This document shows, piece by piece, positions 45,482 to 56,084 of a DNA stretch of 64,000 nt. The position numbers and the translations under genes were made by a program. How positions within the stretch are numbered: the stretch's first letter is position 1; each line of letters starts with the position of its first letter. A model generated the notes under the pieces. It was not told where the DNA came from and did no database searches. It saw nothing but the letters and a program-made list of their open reading frames with translations. Origin of the DNA: a virus; the IMG/VR virus record IMGVR_UViG_3300035698_014446, positions 1 through 64,000 of that record; one strand, 5' to 3'.

Positions 45482-48241
45482 TTATGGTGCATTAAGTTGT
45501 ACTATCCAATCTACATCATCACTATCAGTATACATAAATATTGTTGGATCATCATCCTTAACCCACAATTGACCGTATCCCGCAACTACGGCAGGAGAAG
45601 CAGCCATTTTTGGCATATAATATGAGTACGCGTACATCGCAGTAAATGATGTACCAGCTAAACCCACGCTACCTTCATCATCATTATACGGAATAATTTG
45701 ATCAACATTAATTAAATTGTTTTCATTCATGTCAATATTACCACTACCCATAGTTATAGTATCACATATAACTAAAGTATCAATAGTAGCGGTATCCAGA
45801 ACATGTAAATTACCCGCGAACACTGATCTACTGGCTATAGATGTTTCGTAATAACCAACATCAAGAGATGTCATTGCATTAAGGCAACCAAGCTCATGAA
45901 TTTGTAGTATTTGACTTATAGATAATACAACATCATAAATTCTTACCTCATCAAGCCAGCCATCAAAATCGTTTCCATCAGGAGTATCGACATCTTCACC
46001 CAAACTTATGTCTGTATCTGTAGTATTTATTGTTATACCTGCTGCTGACGGGCCCCCATCAACAACACCATCTATATAAAATATTATTCCATCAGAACCA
46101 GCACCACTGGAAGTCACAGCTATAGAATGCCATTTACCATCCCTTAAATCTACTGCCCCAGCCCTACCTCCTCCAGCAAGCTCTACTGTTTGTACACCGG
46201 CTGCACTTATAACCCAAGAGAATCGTTTTCCTGCACCAGTAGCAAATACTCCGTATTCGATAATATATTGATAACCAGAACCTATTGGAACTTTGATTCT
46301 CGCAACATAAGTTCTGGCATCAGCACCATTAGGTATATTTGATGGTCCACCTATTGTGTGACTATGAACACCCCCGCCATAATAGAAACATTGACCAATT
46401 ATACCAGTCGCTTTTGTTGGTGGCCCGGTAACAACAGTACAATGATTACCATTACCAGATAAATCTTGAATAAATGAAGCTCCGTCAGTAGTATCCATAT
46501 CCCACCACGCAACGAGTCCTGCGTCAAGTGCGAAGCCATGGTCTATGTGTTCGGTAGTTATAAAATCAGTAAATGCATCGTGACCTGTGCCAGGATTAAC
46601 TATATTATTACTACCCATGTCAAGAGCGCCAGTCATTGCCCTTATACCATCTACTAAAACGTATTGTGCATGATCATCATCAGATAAACCCGATAATGCT
46701 CCATGATTATTAGCTATAGCCGTAACTCCAGTAATTGATGAACCACGAAAATCAGTAACATCTACTATCTTTGCATTATAAGTACCACCATAACTATCTT
46801 TAGTCTGCATTACAAAACGATATAAAAAGATAATTTCAGCAGCAGGCAATGAACCGAAACTTAGTATTTCGTTTTGTGCATCCTCGATAGCTGTAGCTTT
46901 AGTAGTATATTCTGACTGACCAACTATCATTTTAATAGGATACTGCCAATCATTAGTAGCCATTAATGTGTATCCAACCCACTGACCATCAGTAACTTCC
47001 GTTAATGTTCCAGCATTATCATATGCTAATCTATCCTCACCACCCGCACCTGTTTTAACCCACGGTAACACAGATGCAGCTTGTTCTACCCAATTTAATG
47101 AACCGTCACGGTATAGCACAGGTATTTCAGCAATACCCGTTGCTCCACCACTTGATAATATTTGCTCATATTGTCCAGCAGCAGTTACTGCATCAGATAT
47201 TTTTATATTTATATCTTCATCAAAAAACTCACCATCTTCAATATCCATTTGTAATGCAGCATCTGTTTCCGTATTTTTAATATATTTACTTGCTGCAAAA
47301 CCAGATTTATAACTTGCACCTAAATTAAAATGTATCCAAGAATGAGTTTCACCAGACATTTGTAAATCATGAATTTCGTTTGCAAGTAAAAGAGCAGCAT
47401 TAATTAAAGTGTTCCAATATACAATAATTACTAATGCTTTAGATATAAAAATCTCACTAAGTAATTCATCCGAAGGATTAATTATTTCAGAAATTACTGC
47501 CCCATCATAATATATATAGTGTAGTCCAGTAGTATCAGCTATAGTAATTGTTTCCGTTCCACTGTCTGTATACCGAATTCCATCAGACCACCACGCAACA
47601 GTACCAGTAAATGTAAGAGTAATAGTTGGAGGATTACCACTATCAGTAGATAGTGCTATAGAACTGGCATCTTCAAATCCATTTAAATTATGTACTCTAC
47701 GTTCTAATCCTGCTTCCTGTAATGATGCTTCTACAGTAGTACTAACATAATAATTACCTACGTCTTCCACACCTACTAATGAAGCACCAGAAGGGGCTAC
47801 TATAGCACCAGTTTCTATTTCAGTATAATATCTTCCATCATGATCAGCAACGACTGCAGATGGCATATCAACTAAATCTACATGATTAATCGAACCAATA
47901 CCACCATAAGGACCGGGGTCACCCTTCGGACCACGACGACCTTTAGTATGTGATTCTTTAAGATAATCTTCTATTTTTTCCTTCATCCCCAAATCTAAAT
48001 GAATTGATTCATCAAGAACATGTGCAGTACCTAACTTAATTTGGGTAAGTATGTCCTCATTTATATGTATTATTGTACTGAAAGTGTGTTCACGTAAATC
48101 TTTCAGTTCAAACTCGTGCTTAATCAATTCTTGTTTTTCTTCGACACTTAAATATAGTTTACCTCCACCTTCCGGAATATCGGAAGTAATAAGATTCACA
48201 AAACCTTGCTTACCTTGTACTGCATCAACTGACAATTGCAT
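45482..48241 (-). CDS. Fibre-like protein with LamG/concanavalin A domain
   Basis: Short collagen GxxGxx, DHDGRYYTE, DDHAQY..RAMTGALDMG, GLVAWW..DLSGNGN..DGKWH..LDEVRIYD. Confidence 0.8.
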   Translation of the reverse strand: MQLSVDAVQGKQGFVNLITSDIPEGGGKLYLSVEEKQELIKHEFELKDLREHTFSTIIHINEDILTQIKLGTAHVLDESIHLDLGMKEKIEDYLKESHTKGRRGPKGDPGPYGGIGSINHVDLVDMPSAVVADHDGRYYTEIETGAIVAPSGASLVGVEDVGNYYVSTTVEASLQEAGLERRVHNLNGFEDASSIALSTDSGNPPTITLTFTGTVAWWSDGIRYTDSGTETITIADTTGLHYIYYDGAVISEIINPSDELLSEIFISKALVIIVYWNTLINAALLLANEIHDLQMSGETHSWIHFNLGASYKSGFAASKYIKNTETDAALQMDIEDGEFFDEDINIKISDAVTAAGQYEQILSSGGATGIAEIPVLYRDGSLNWVEQAASVLPWVKTGAGGEDRLAYDNAGTLTEVTDGQWVGYTLMATNDWQYPIKMIVGQSEYTTKATAIEDAQNEILSFGSLPAAEIIFLYRFVMQTKDSYGGTYNAKIVDVTDFRGSSITGVTAIANNHGALSGLSDDDHAQYVLVDGIRAMTGALDMGSNNIVNPGTGHDAFTDFITTEHIDHGFALDAGLVAWWDMDTTDGASFIQDLSGNGNHCTVVTGPPTKATGIIGQCFYYGGGVHSHTIGGPSNIPNGADARTYVARIKVPIGSGYQYIIEYGVFATGAGKRFSWVISAAGVQTVELAGGGRAGAVDLRDGKWHSIAVTSSGAGSDGIIFYIDGVVDGGPSAAGITINTTDTDISLGEDVDTPDGNDFDGWLDEVRIYDVVLSISQILQIHELGCLNAMTSLDVGYYETSIASRSVFAGNLHVLDTATIDTLVICDTITMGSGNIDMNENNLINVDQIIPYNDDEGSVGLAGTSFTAMYAYSYYMPKMAASPAVVAGYGQLWVKDDDPTIFMYTDSDDVDWIVQLNAP

Positions 48242-48770
48242 CCTCCGGTTCTTCTTCCAATTTTTCTTTTAATGTCCTATTTTTTACTAAATTCAGTAAA
48301 AAATCAGCTTCCAAATCATCCTTTACTGTCCTACTACCGATGATACGTTTCTTCATACCCAACATTTTAGTAAGTATTTTTATGTACATTGTGTAGATGT
48401 TGGATACTATAACTATTTCCTCAACTTCATCCTTTTTCCATTTCTCTACAGACGCACCTACGTCAAGACCAGTAGTAGCAAGCTTCGCAGCCATGCACTT
48501 CGTAGGTGATGTAATAAAATCTCTGCAAGCCTGAGGCCGTGTCTCGTAGATTCCACAGCCATCCATAACATGATAAAAAGGACACGCTGAAATAACATTC
48601 CCAACCATCTTATTAATAAACCCGTCTTTTTCCACCTCAGTAAGTCGTGGTTCATTAATTAAGTCCTCATCAGTAACTGGTATTTTCCACGCTATACAAC
48701 ATGTGCCACATTTACGACAATCATACTCGTCATTCATTGCGGCTATAAATTTGTCCGGGTCCATGTTCAT
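48225..48770 (-). CDS. YkgJ-family cysteine-cluster protein
   Basis: CRKCGTCC..CPF..CGIYETRPQACRDF. Confidence 0.9.
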   Translation of the reverse strand: MNMDPDKFIAAMNDEYDCRKCGTCCIAWKIPVTDEDLINEPRLTEVEKDGFINKMVGNVISACPFYHVMDGCGIYETRPQACRDFITSPTKCMAAKLATTGLDVGASVEKWKKDEVEEIVIVSNIYTMYIKILTKMLGMKKRIIGSRTVKDDLEADFLLNLVKNRTLKEKLEEEPEDAIVS

Positions 48771-49045
48771 TTTTTCTCAATAGTCTCCAATCTTTTGTCA
48801 ATTCTGTCAAAACCTTCTTTTACCGTTTCAACAAAAGTATCTGTTTGCTGTTTTTGAGCCTCAAGATGCATTTCAAACACCTCTTTATCAACTTTATTGA
48901 TCTTAACTTCATCTATTTGCTTACACTGGTTTACTTGTTCGTTCCTCATTACCCCCCACGCGACACCAACTAATAAGGTAGCCACCATTATCGTCCATAA
49001 CAAATGGATTAGTTTCAAATCCCTTGATTTTTCTTCCTTAGCCAT
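48767..49045 (-). CDS. Single-TM coiled-coil protein (holin-like)
   Basis: N-terminal TM plus coiled-coil. Confidence 0.5.
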   Translation of the reverse strand: MAKEEKSRDLKLIHLLWTIMVATLLVGVAWGVMRNEQVNQCKQIDEVKINKVDKEVFEMHLEAQKQQTDTFVETVKEGFDRIDKRLETIEKK

Positions 49046-49066
49046 CGGTCTACCTTTCGTAGTTGT

Positions 49067-50530
49067 TTATCCTTGAGTTTCATTAAATCTTGTACTACCC
49101 GTGTTTGGCTGGTCAATATCATCACGTGCGTTAGGACTTATGTTAGTTTGTTTCGTTTTTTCTACGGCTACATTCCTTGCATCGTCCTCTTTTTGTTGCG
49201 CTGCTAATCTTTCCCTTTCCTCGGCAGGATTAAATCCTGGTATCTTATCCCAGAAACCTTCTCTGGAAATTATCTTGTTTTCAGCGGCTACCATCCAGAA
49301 TCTCGTTAACTGTTGCCAGATTCTGTCACTCATAGGTTTAAGTCGAGGCTTAATAATACCTGTTTTTAATTGAGTACCGTTAGGGCCTATGTTGAAATTT
49401 CTTATGGTAATTACATTATCAAACATCTGCTCATAAAACGACTTCCACGAAGCAATATCGTTCGCGGCCACTATCTCTAATGGTTCCCCAAGACTATCGG
49501 CTACAGCCCTGTTACTCATCAAATCCGGAAATCCCAGCCAACTCACGGCTAACCCGGTAGCCCCAGAGACAAGCTGTAAGTTAAGTAATATTGCTTCCTT
49601 AATTGTTTCATAAAAATTGTCCGGAACAACCATTTTTAATTCACCCGATGAAACCATCATCTGCCCTAAAGTCCATCCCGAAGCAGTAATTTTATTAGTA
49701 AGTGACTCAGCTTCATCGGCGTCAGCTATTTGTACAGCCGGTGTCGGGTGTGCATACAGTTTGTTCGATTTTCGCCAATAGATAAGATCATTACCTATAT
49801 CGTCAAGACGAGACAAAACATTAGCAAGTGATGGACTACCTTCTATAGTATCATCATCGTTTAATATTTTATTAAAGGCCACAAATGCTATATTTTCATT
49901 AACTAAAGCACCAGCCGGGATTGTGTAACCTGTTTTCTCACCAGTTTCATCAGCAACTTCTACTTCTTCCCAGCTAACAGCGTACGGCGAAGTCATGTTG
50001 TTAAGACCCACTGGATAAACAAAATACTTGTATTTATTCCATGACATATATTTAACTTTAACCATATTATCAGTGGAGTCCCAAGGAAGATTAACAAGAC
50101 ACTGACCTTGTTTTTCCGCCTCTTTACTCAACTCAGTACACATTCCCTCGTTAAGTTGGTTTTTGTCTATAAAGCTTTGTATGTACTCCCTCTCTGGGGA
50201 ATTTTTATTACCACCTTCGATTTCTAAACCATTCGGTATTTTCAAAGCAGCAGATACATTAATTATTCTCTTGACAAGATCACCTCCTATACCAGTGTTA
50301 GCGCGATACATACTCATTATTTCTTGTATCTGCAACCCACGAGTCTGGTATTCATTACTACCAAGATTACCGCTGCTATCGTCTTGAAGCCGAAGCATAA
50401 GGTTTGCATTGGTTATCTGAATCGCTTCGATAATTATAGCATACTTAAGTTCCATCGCAGCAACTTCCTCAGTATGCATTTTCTTAAGCGTCCTTTTGCT
50501 AACCCTCTTGGTTCTTTTTATACCAAACAT
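49067..50530 (-). CDS. Portal protein
   Basis: 487 aa downstream of terL; G.P.L and SGATGL..LG..SNRA motifs. Confidence 0.8.
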   Translation of the reverse strand: MFGIKRTKRVSKRTLKKMHTEEVAAMELKYAIIIEAIQITNANLMLRLQDDSSGNLGSNEYQTRGLQIQEIMSMYRANTGIGGDLVKRIINVSAALKIPNGLEIEGGNKNSPEREYIQSFIDKNQLNEGMCTELSKEAEKQGQCLVNLPWDSTDNMVKVKYMSWNKYKYFVYPVGLNNMTSPYAVSWEEVEVADETGEKTGYTIPAGALVNENIAFVAFNKILNDDDTIEGSPSLANVLSRLDDIGNDLIYWRKSNKLYAHPTPAVQIADADEAESLTNKITASGWTLGQMMVSSGELKMVVPDNFYETIKEAILLNLQLVSGATGLAVSWLGFPDLMSNRAVADSLGEPLEIVAANDIASWKSFYEQMFDNVITIRNFNIGPNGTQLKTGIIKPRLKPMSDRIWQQLTRFWMVAAENKIISREGFWDKIPGFNPAEERERLAAQQKEDDARNVAVEKTKQTNISPNARDDIDQPNTGSTRFNETQG

Positions 50531-50542
50531 CTTTGCTCCGAT

Positions 50543-50932
50543 TTAGGATTTCGTACTATCGGTTTTAACTTCGCCGTCCTCATTGGCTTTGCGATTTATA
50601 GGGTCACCCAACGCAAGTCCGCCTTTACAAGGTCGATGCATTCTTATATCACCTTCCTCATTCTTCATTTCGACGGGATAATCTACCTTCTCGTCGTTTT
50701 TTGCCTCCTGTTTCTCAGCTACCCTGTCAGCGTTCTTCTGTCTTTGCTTAGTCTCGGCAGCTTTCGATTCCTCTTGTGATTTCATGTCAGCAATGTGGTC
50801 CTTTTCTGCCTTTTTAAACTTTTTGACCACCTGCGGTCTACTATTCTTTCGGTTGATGGTTACTCCGAAATTGGCAAGAGCATAATCAGCCAGTCCCGCT
50901 TTTGTGTAATCTTCTACATTAATCTTAGTCAT
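50543..50932 (-). CDS. Hypothetical protein
   Basis: RBS; between terL and portal. Confidence 0.6.
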   Translation of the reverse strand: MTKINVEDYTKAGLADYALANFGVTINRKNSRPQVVKKFKKAEKDHIADMKSQEESKAAETKQRQKNADRVAEKQEAKNDEKVDYPVEMKNEEGDIRMHRPCKGGLALGDPINRKANEDGEVKTDSTKS

Positions 50933-50947
50933 GTCCTTGTCCTTTCA

Positions 50948-52303
50948 CTATGCAGGGTATCGGTTACCCATATTATAAGCAAAATTTGCCACTTTATGTG
51001 ACAACCAATTATCAACTACGTATCTCTCTCCGTCAAGTAAATGGTTCCACGTATCAACTGGTTCATTCATGTACTCACCGTCTTTGTCTTCCATCCATTT
51101 GTAATTACGCTTCTCTTTGATCAAGTTATCAGAATCACCATAAACGTGAACGTGATAGTCTTTCACCAACGATATTCCGTTCCGAATGGAATCCGGGCCT
51201 TTTCTACACTCGATAATTTTAAACCCAGCCCGTCGTATTTCTTCAATGGACTTAGGCTCAGCACAGTCGGCGATTATTTTATTTTTCTTAGTAATTCCAA
51301 GTTTTACAAGTTCTCTCGCTATGTCCTGATTGGTTAATTTTAGTTCAAATAACCGCTCTCTCTCCCATATTTCATCCCCTATCATACCCATTTCAATAAC
51401 GCCGGTCGGGGCATTACTATAACCAAAGTCAAGACCAAAAGCATGTTTCTCAAACGATTGTCTGGCTGGCCATTCGTTACACACGCTCCAATTAAGGTCT
51501 TCCTGATAAACCAATCCCTTAGGAGAACCCCATTGACCAAGTGCATAAATCCGATAAGCAGTTATATCCTTTCGCTTTAAATCCTCAAGAATTACCTTAT
51601 ATAAATCATCAAGGAACCGGTTATCTTCGTAAGTAGTCAATAAAGAAGTACCGTAAACTTCACGTAGTTCCCCTTTAACAAGAGAAACTTTTTTGAATCT
51701 ACGATATCTGTCGGTCGCTTTACTCGTTACATCGATTAACCCGGTCCCGTTTTCTTCCGTTTTAAACTCAAAAAATTCTTCCCGTAACCACTTTACCTCA
51801 ATTGGGTTAAAGGTAATAACTATTTGTAAAAAAGTACTGGATAAACCCCTAATACGTCTGTCAAGTTCTCTGAAATCTGCCTCAGTAAACTCGGTTGCTT
51901 CCTCCATCCACGCCCCGGTAAGACCTTCGATCGATTTGATTTTTTCCGGGTCGTCCAGTCCACAACATAAAATCATTGACCCGTCAGTAAAAGTAAAAGT
52001 CATGTCCTTTCTATTAATATGAACTATATTTTTGAGATTCCACAAATCGACGTATTTGTTAAATAACGAAAAAACAGATCGTCTTACCGCCGGTTGAGTC
52101 TTTCGAAGGGCTAATAGTTTATGGCGTATTCCTCTTTTCATTCCAACAAGGATGCGAAGAAGCCACCGTCTGGCGACTTCTTCGCTCTTCCCAGAACCCG
52201 CACCACCGAACATAACCAAATACCGATCTCTAATACTCAACGCCGGTATATAAACTTCGTTGGAAGTTTCACAATACTGAGATAAGTTACAATTTATAGG
52301 CAT
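50948..52303 (-). CDS. terL: Terminase large subunit (PBSX family)
   Basis: GGAGSGKS, GLDDPEKIKS, WMEEATE, TFNP, GLDFGY, ADCAEP, NHLLDGERY. Confidence 0.97.
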   Translation of the reverse strand: MPINCNLSQYCETSNEVYIPALSIRDRYLVMFGGAGSGKSEEVARRWLLRILVGMKRGIRHKLLALRKTQPAVRRSVFSLFNKYVDLWNLKNIVHINRKDMTFTFTDGSMILCCGLDDPEKIKSIEGLTGAWMEEATEFTEADFRELDRRIRGLSSTFLQIVITFNPIEVKWLREEFFEFKTEENGTGLIDVTSKATDRYRRFKKVSLVKGELREVYGTSLLTTYEDNRFLDDLYKVILEDLKRKDITAYRIYALGQWGSPKGLVYQEDLNWSVCNEWPARQSFEKHAFGLDFGYSNAPTGVIEMGMIGDEIWERERLFELKLTNQDIARELVKLGITKKNKIIADCAEPKSIEEIRRAGFKIIECRKGPDSIRNGISLVKDYHVHVYGDSDNLIKEKRNYKWMEDKDGEYMNEPVDTWNHLLDGERYVVDNWLSHKVANFAYNMGNRYPA

Positions 52304-52860
52304 TAGTTGATTATAGCCTCCGTTAATTCCGCCGGTAATTGCACTTTTACCTCAACCTTGCCCACATTAATCAAATTCTCGCTCAAAAGACCAAGATGTC
52401 GCATCGTCAACTCGATACCCTTTAATTTATCATGAAGCTTAAACTCAAAGCTTTCGGTTATTGAGTCTTCATCAGTGCTGACGATGCGACGTTTGATAGA
52501 CTTAATTCCTCTGGTGTCTATATCTTTGCTCGGTAGTAATACTACATTGCCATCTTTGTCATATTTCGCAAAGTCACTGAACTTCATCATTGCGATTGAC
52601 TTAAGTTCGGCTAATACAGCGTCAGCAGTAAGGTCCAATCTTTCAGCCCGTAAATCCATTAATCTTTTAACTTCAATACGGATTAGCTTTTGTTTCATCA
52701 ATTCAACGGAACGTTTTCGAGCTGTCTCCCTCTTCATACCCGGAGTAGCCATCGTGTCGAGATAAGTTTGAGTTTGATTCATCTTAATATCGGCTATAAG
52801 AGTTCTACAGAACATCCGATGCATATGATTCAATTTTCTCAACTCAGTTTTTCTTGGCAT
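52303..52860 (-). CDS. terS: Terminase small subunit
   Basis: FC..N.TQ, VLAELKSIA, KLHDKLKGIE..RHLG. Confidence 0.88.
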   Translation of the reverse strand: MPRKTELRKLNHMHRMFCRTLIADIKMNQTQTYLDTMATPGMKRETARKRSVELMKQKLIRIEVKRLMDLRAERLDLTADAVLAELKSIAMMKFSDFAKYDKDGNVVLLPSKDIDTRGIKSIKRRIVSTDEDSITESFEFKLHDKLKGIELTMRHLGLLSENLINVGKVEVKVQLPAELTEAIIN

Positions 52861-53220
52861 ATCTTCAACTCAACTTCTCGCGTACGCGCGCGCCCGCGCG
52901 ATGCGCTGCGCTTTCCCGTGCTCCCTAAGACCTCGTTTCGGTCCCACTCTTCCCCGGTCTTTTCCATCGGATATATCCAGTGGGTTTCGACACGGTATCG
53001 AGTATGGCTGCGGGATAACCCGCTACCATATCCCCTTAACAGCGCAAGTATATTATATATATTATAAATACCCCGAAGGGGGTAGTCCGGAAACCCCCCG
53101 AAAACCCCATAGAAAATTTTTCCTGAAAGGGAAGGTATACAGACGTACCCGGATGGTGTACGGACACCACATGAAACCGAATCAATGCGCCGGTCGTTAT
53201 ATTTTATGAAAGGATTCTAT
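52861..53220. promoter_or_regulatory. Divergent intergenic/promoter region
   Basis: Transcription diverges here; TATATTATATATATTATA core at about 53049-53067, flanked by GC-rich tracts. Confidence 0.45.
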
Positions 53221-53664
53221 ATGAATGAGAAAAAGTTTCGCGAGACGCGGAAGAAAATTACGTATCGATATCGAAAAAATAATGCTGAAAAAATTAGAAA
53301 ACAAGACCGGGAACGGAAGCGAAAAGCCCGGTTAAAAAGGCAATTGATTGCCTCCTGTGAAAAAAGTATGGACGAAACATTCCAGACTATGAGGCCCGCA
53401 TTATTTAAGTGGGCACAATTTTTTGCGCATTGGGATAAAAATTTTGAAATAAATGAGTTGGTAAATGTTGCTTTCGCTAATGGTAGTCTTCGGAGGATAA
53501 AAAATCCCAAACTCTTATCTAAAAAAGTAAAATGGACAATGCAAAATTATATGTGTAAAATTAGACGAGAACACGACCCTGATAAACTTGTACAAATGTA
53601 TGTTGATATGTACGGGAGATTACCTGCTAACGTTGAGGAAAAATCAGATAATGATAATGATTGA
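53221..53664 (+). CDS. Hypothetical protein, possibly sigma-70 region-2-like
   Basis: Basic N-terminus; LFKWAQ..ELVNVA..KWTMQNY weakly resembles region 2. Confidence 0.4.
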   Translation: MNEKKFRETRKKITYRYRKNNAEKIRKQDRERKRKARLKRQLIASCEKSMDETFQTMRPALFKWAQFFAHWDKNFEINELVNVAFANGSLRRIKNPKLLSKKVKWTMQNYMCKIRREHDPDKLVQMYVDMYGRLPANVEEKSDNDND

Positions 53665-54118
53665 TGAACTCACTAAACAAGTACAAATAAACGAGACAGA
53701 GTATATTTATTATATAGGTGGTTCTGATATATATGGGGAAATGATTGTAGCATTAAAGGAATGTGATATTTCTAACGAAGCAATGCTTGATCTTGAACGT
53801 AAAATTAGACAAGCGGAAGCAGGACCACGTATTAAAAAGTGGAGACAAAGAAATCCTGATAAATGTCGTAACTACACAAGAAATTATAATATATTAAAAC
53901 GAGCAAATGGTATTGGCCTTAATACTGAACAATGGAAGAATATTCTCGAAAAGTACAATTTCAGATGTGCTTATTGTGGTGTTAAAAATAACCTTACCAG
54001 AGATCATGTGATACCTATTAACAAAGGTGGTGAACATTCTCTAGTGGATGGGTTCCTCATATTTATGGAAAAATATAGATGGCAAGATGTGATCAAATGT
54101 CAATATTCGACGCGTTGA
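53651..54118 (+). pseudogene. C-terminally truncated HNH endonuclease (subtype A)
   Basis: KRANGIGL..CAYCG..LTRDHVIP..GGEHS, then unrelated sequence lacking N..CxxCN. Confidence 0.75.
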
Positions 54119-54429
54119 ATGTTCTGGAAATGCCAGTTGGTTCAACGATGGAGAATATAAAGAAGAAATATTACGAGTTAGCGATGGTATTTCACCCGGA
54201 TAAAAATCCTGATAATAAGGAAGCAGAAAAAAGGATGAAATTAATTAATGTTGCTTATGAAGTGTGTTGTAAATATGTAGCGTCTAAATTAAAACCAAAA
54301 CCAAAACCAAAACCAAGGCCACAACCGACAAGAAGATCGGGAATACATCCCATTAGATACGTAACATTTACAGTAATGGGTTGTAATGTTAGAAGTAACA
54401 TCAGTGGAGTAACGATTACTTTCGTATAA
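54079..54429 (+). CDS. J-domain (DnaJ-like) protein
   Basis: IKKKYYELAMVFHPDKNP..INVAYE. Confidence 0.92.
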   Translation: MARCDQMSIFDALNVLEMPVGSTMENIKKKYYELAMVFHPDKNPDNKEAEKRMKLINVAYEVCCKYVASKLKPKPKPKPRPQPTRRSGIHPIRYVTFTVMGCNVRSNISGVTITFV

Positions 54430-54451
54430 TGGACAAGTTAGAAAGTAGTAA

Positions 54452-54790
54452 ATGGATTACGATTTTCCGGACGATATTGTTAAGACCCGTACAGGGAGAA
54501 GGGCGTTTTTAGAATTGGGTGTAATAGGACTAAGAGTTAGGGCTCCTGACAGATTAACTATCGAACAACATCAGGAAAGGATAAGTGACGAAATGGGTGG
54601 AATGACAGATAAGGAAAGGGCAGCAACATTCGACCCACAAGTGCTTGTTGAACATATAGACGCATTTGGCAAAGGGCTATCCCCTTGGGAAATAAAGTTT
54701 ATTAATGGAAATATTGATTATCCCCCGGTAAGGTATACTAAACTACAAGTAGACGTAATTCATCGTATATACTTGGAGAAGTGCGGTTAA
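54452..54790 (+). CDS. Hypothetical protein
   Basis: LSPWEIKFI..Q..IY motif; operon packing. Confidence 0.6.
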   Translation: MDYDFPDDIVKTRTGRRAFLELGVIGLRVRAPDRLTIEQHQERISDEMGGMTDKERAATFDPQVLVEHIDAFGKGLSPWEIKFINGNIDYPPVRYTKLQVDVIHRIYLEKCG

Positions 54791-55155
54791 TGAAAACGAA
54801 TCTTATCATAGTTTGTGAGACATGCGGTGAGGAATTAAATGTTACGGACACAGTATGTGATATAACTAATCGGATAAAGTTTACTGTTCAACCATGTGCT
54901 AACAAAAAGTGTAATAAGGATTTTTGTGCGAATTGTGAGGATGTACAGAATCTTAGTGATAAATTAAGCATACTGGAACAGAGGATAAGAGACGCAAATT
55001 TAATTATGATACCCATTAAAAGGAAGTTGAAGTTAGTGGAACTCCCTGATTGCTTCGGCGAGCGGGATGCTGAAAAGGCGAAAAAAGAAGATTGTCAATG
55101 TAAAGATGAATGTGGATATGTTGAGGAATGTATCGAAAAAACGGCTGTTAGTTGA
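54790..55155 (+). CDS. Cys-rich hypothetical protein
   Basis: CETC, CANC, PDCFG..C. Confidence 0.6.
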   Translation: MKTNLIIVCETCGEELNVTDTVCDITNRIKFTVQPCANKKCNKDFCANCEDVQNLSDKLSILEQRIRDANLIMIPIKRKLKLVELPDCFGERDAEKAKKEDCQCKDECGYVEECIEKTAVS

Positions 55156-55466
55156 GAATATGTTATGAAACTTACAACATTACAACATTACAAGATTTTC
55201 AGGACGCATTGTTAGCCTCAGAACTGGAATTAGCTAATCTTAAAGATGCTAATCGAGAACACCAGTATGGGGGAGCTATTTTTCACGCGAATTGTCCGTA
55301 TTGTAATTCTAAATTAAGTATGCCTCAAAAAATGAGTGTTAATAATTTTATGGATGATATAATGCGTATAGTTCCATCAATAATGGCTACCTGTAAAAAA
55401 TGTGGTCCTGTAAAAATAGGGCTTAAAAGAATGGAGATACTCAGTGAGGAAAAAAGCACCAGTTAA
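55152..55466 (+). CDS. Zn-ribbon hypothetical protein
   Basis: CPYC...CKKC. Confidence 0.55.
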   Translation: MRICYETYNITTLQDFQDALLASELELANLKDANREHQYGGAIFHANCPYCNSKLSMPQKMSVNNFMDDIMRIVPSIMATCKKCGPVKIGLKRMEILSEEKSTS

Positions 55467-55848
55467 GAAGAAAAAAGTGAAAAAGCGACCTAATTTCGGT
55501 CAAATATACATAAAACTGTTCAAGACTAATATATACTATGTATGTTGTAGTAGAAGAGACTACGATATTTTAATAAATCATGTCTTCAACGCTGTAATAC
55601 CGGAGGATAAAGAGGGATTTGGTGGTACTACCGAAGGGTATGAGAAAGACAATCAAATAATTGATGTAATATGGATTAACAAAAAATGTGGCAAAGATTC
55701 CACAGTTATAGCACATGAGTCATTTCATGTGGTATTCAATATATTACAACGTAAGGGAATATGGCTTACCCAATCGTCGGAAGAATTGTATGCTTATCTT
55801 ATGCAATCAATAATGATAGATATACTGAATGATTGGAAAAAGAAGTAG
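55444..55848 (+). CDS. HExxH zincin-like phage protein
   Basis: IAHESFH..SEELYAYL. Confidence 0.7.
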   Translation: MRKKAPVKKKKVKKRPNFGQIYIKLFKTNIYYVCCSRRDYDILINHVFNAVIPEDKEGFGGTTEGYEKDNQIIDVIWINKKCGKDSTVIAHESFHVVFNILQRKGIWLTQSSEELYAYLMQSIMIDILNDWKKK

Positions 55849-56084
55849 TGGAAGACGCTAAGGAAATATTCTACAAATTTATTGACAAAACTGGTTTTTG
55901 TTTTGACGCATTTGCCGAGGTTAAAGACGATACTGATTATCACAGAATGGTAGCAGCAATGCTTAAGGCAAGTGAAGGTGGAGATCATAAATTTAGTGTA
56001 GGCGACATGCTTGCCTTTCGTGATGAACTGTTTGAAGCAGGATTTAAGTGGAATATTGATTTTTATATGAGGAAGATTGAATAA
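55833..56084 (+). CDS. Hypothetical protein
   Basis: Operon packing. Confidence 0.5.
   Translation: MEKEVVEDAKEIFYKFIDKTGFCFDAFAEVKDDTDYHRMVAAMLKASEGGDHKFSVGDMLAFRDELFEAGFKWNIDFYMRKIE

Noticed and set aside
223-53067. Plus-strand ORFs antisense to the minus-strand operons
   Set aside because: These are shadow ORFs of well-supported genes, with no RBS or recognisable motifs.
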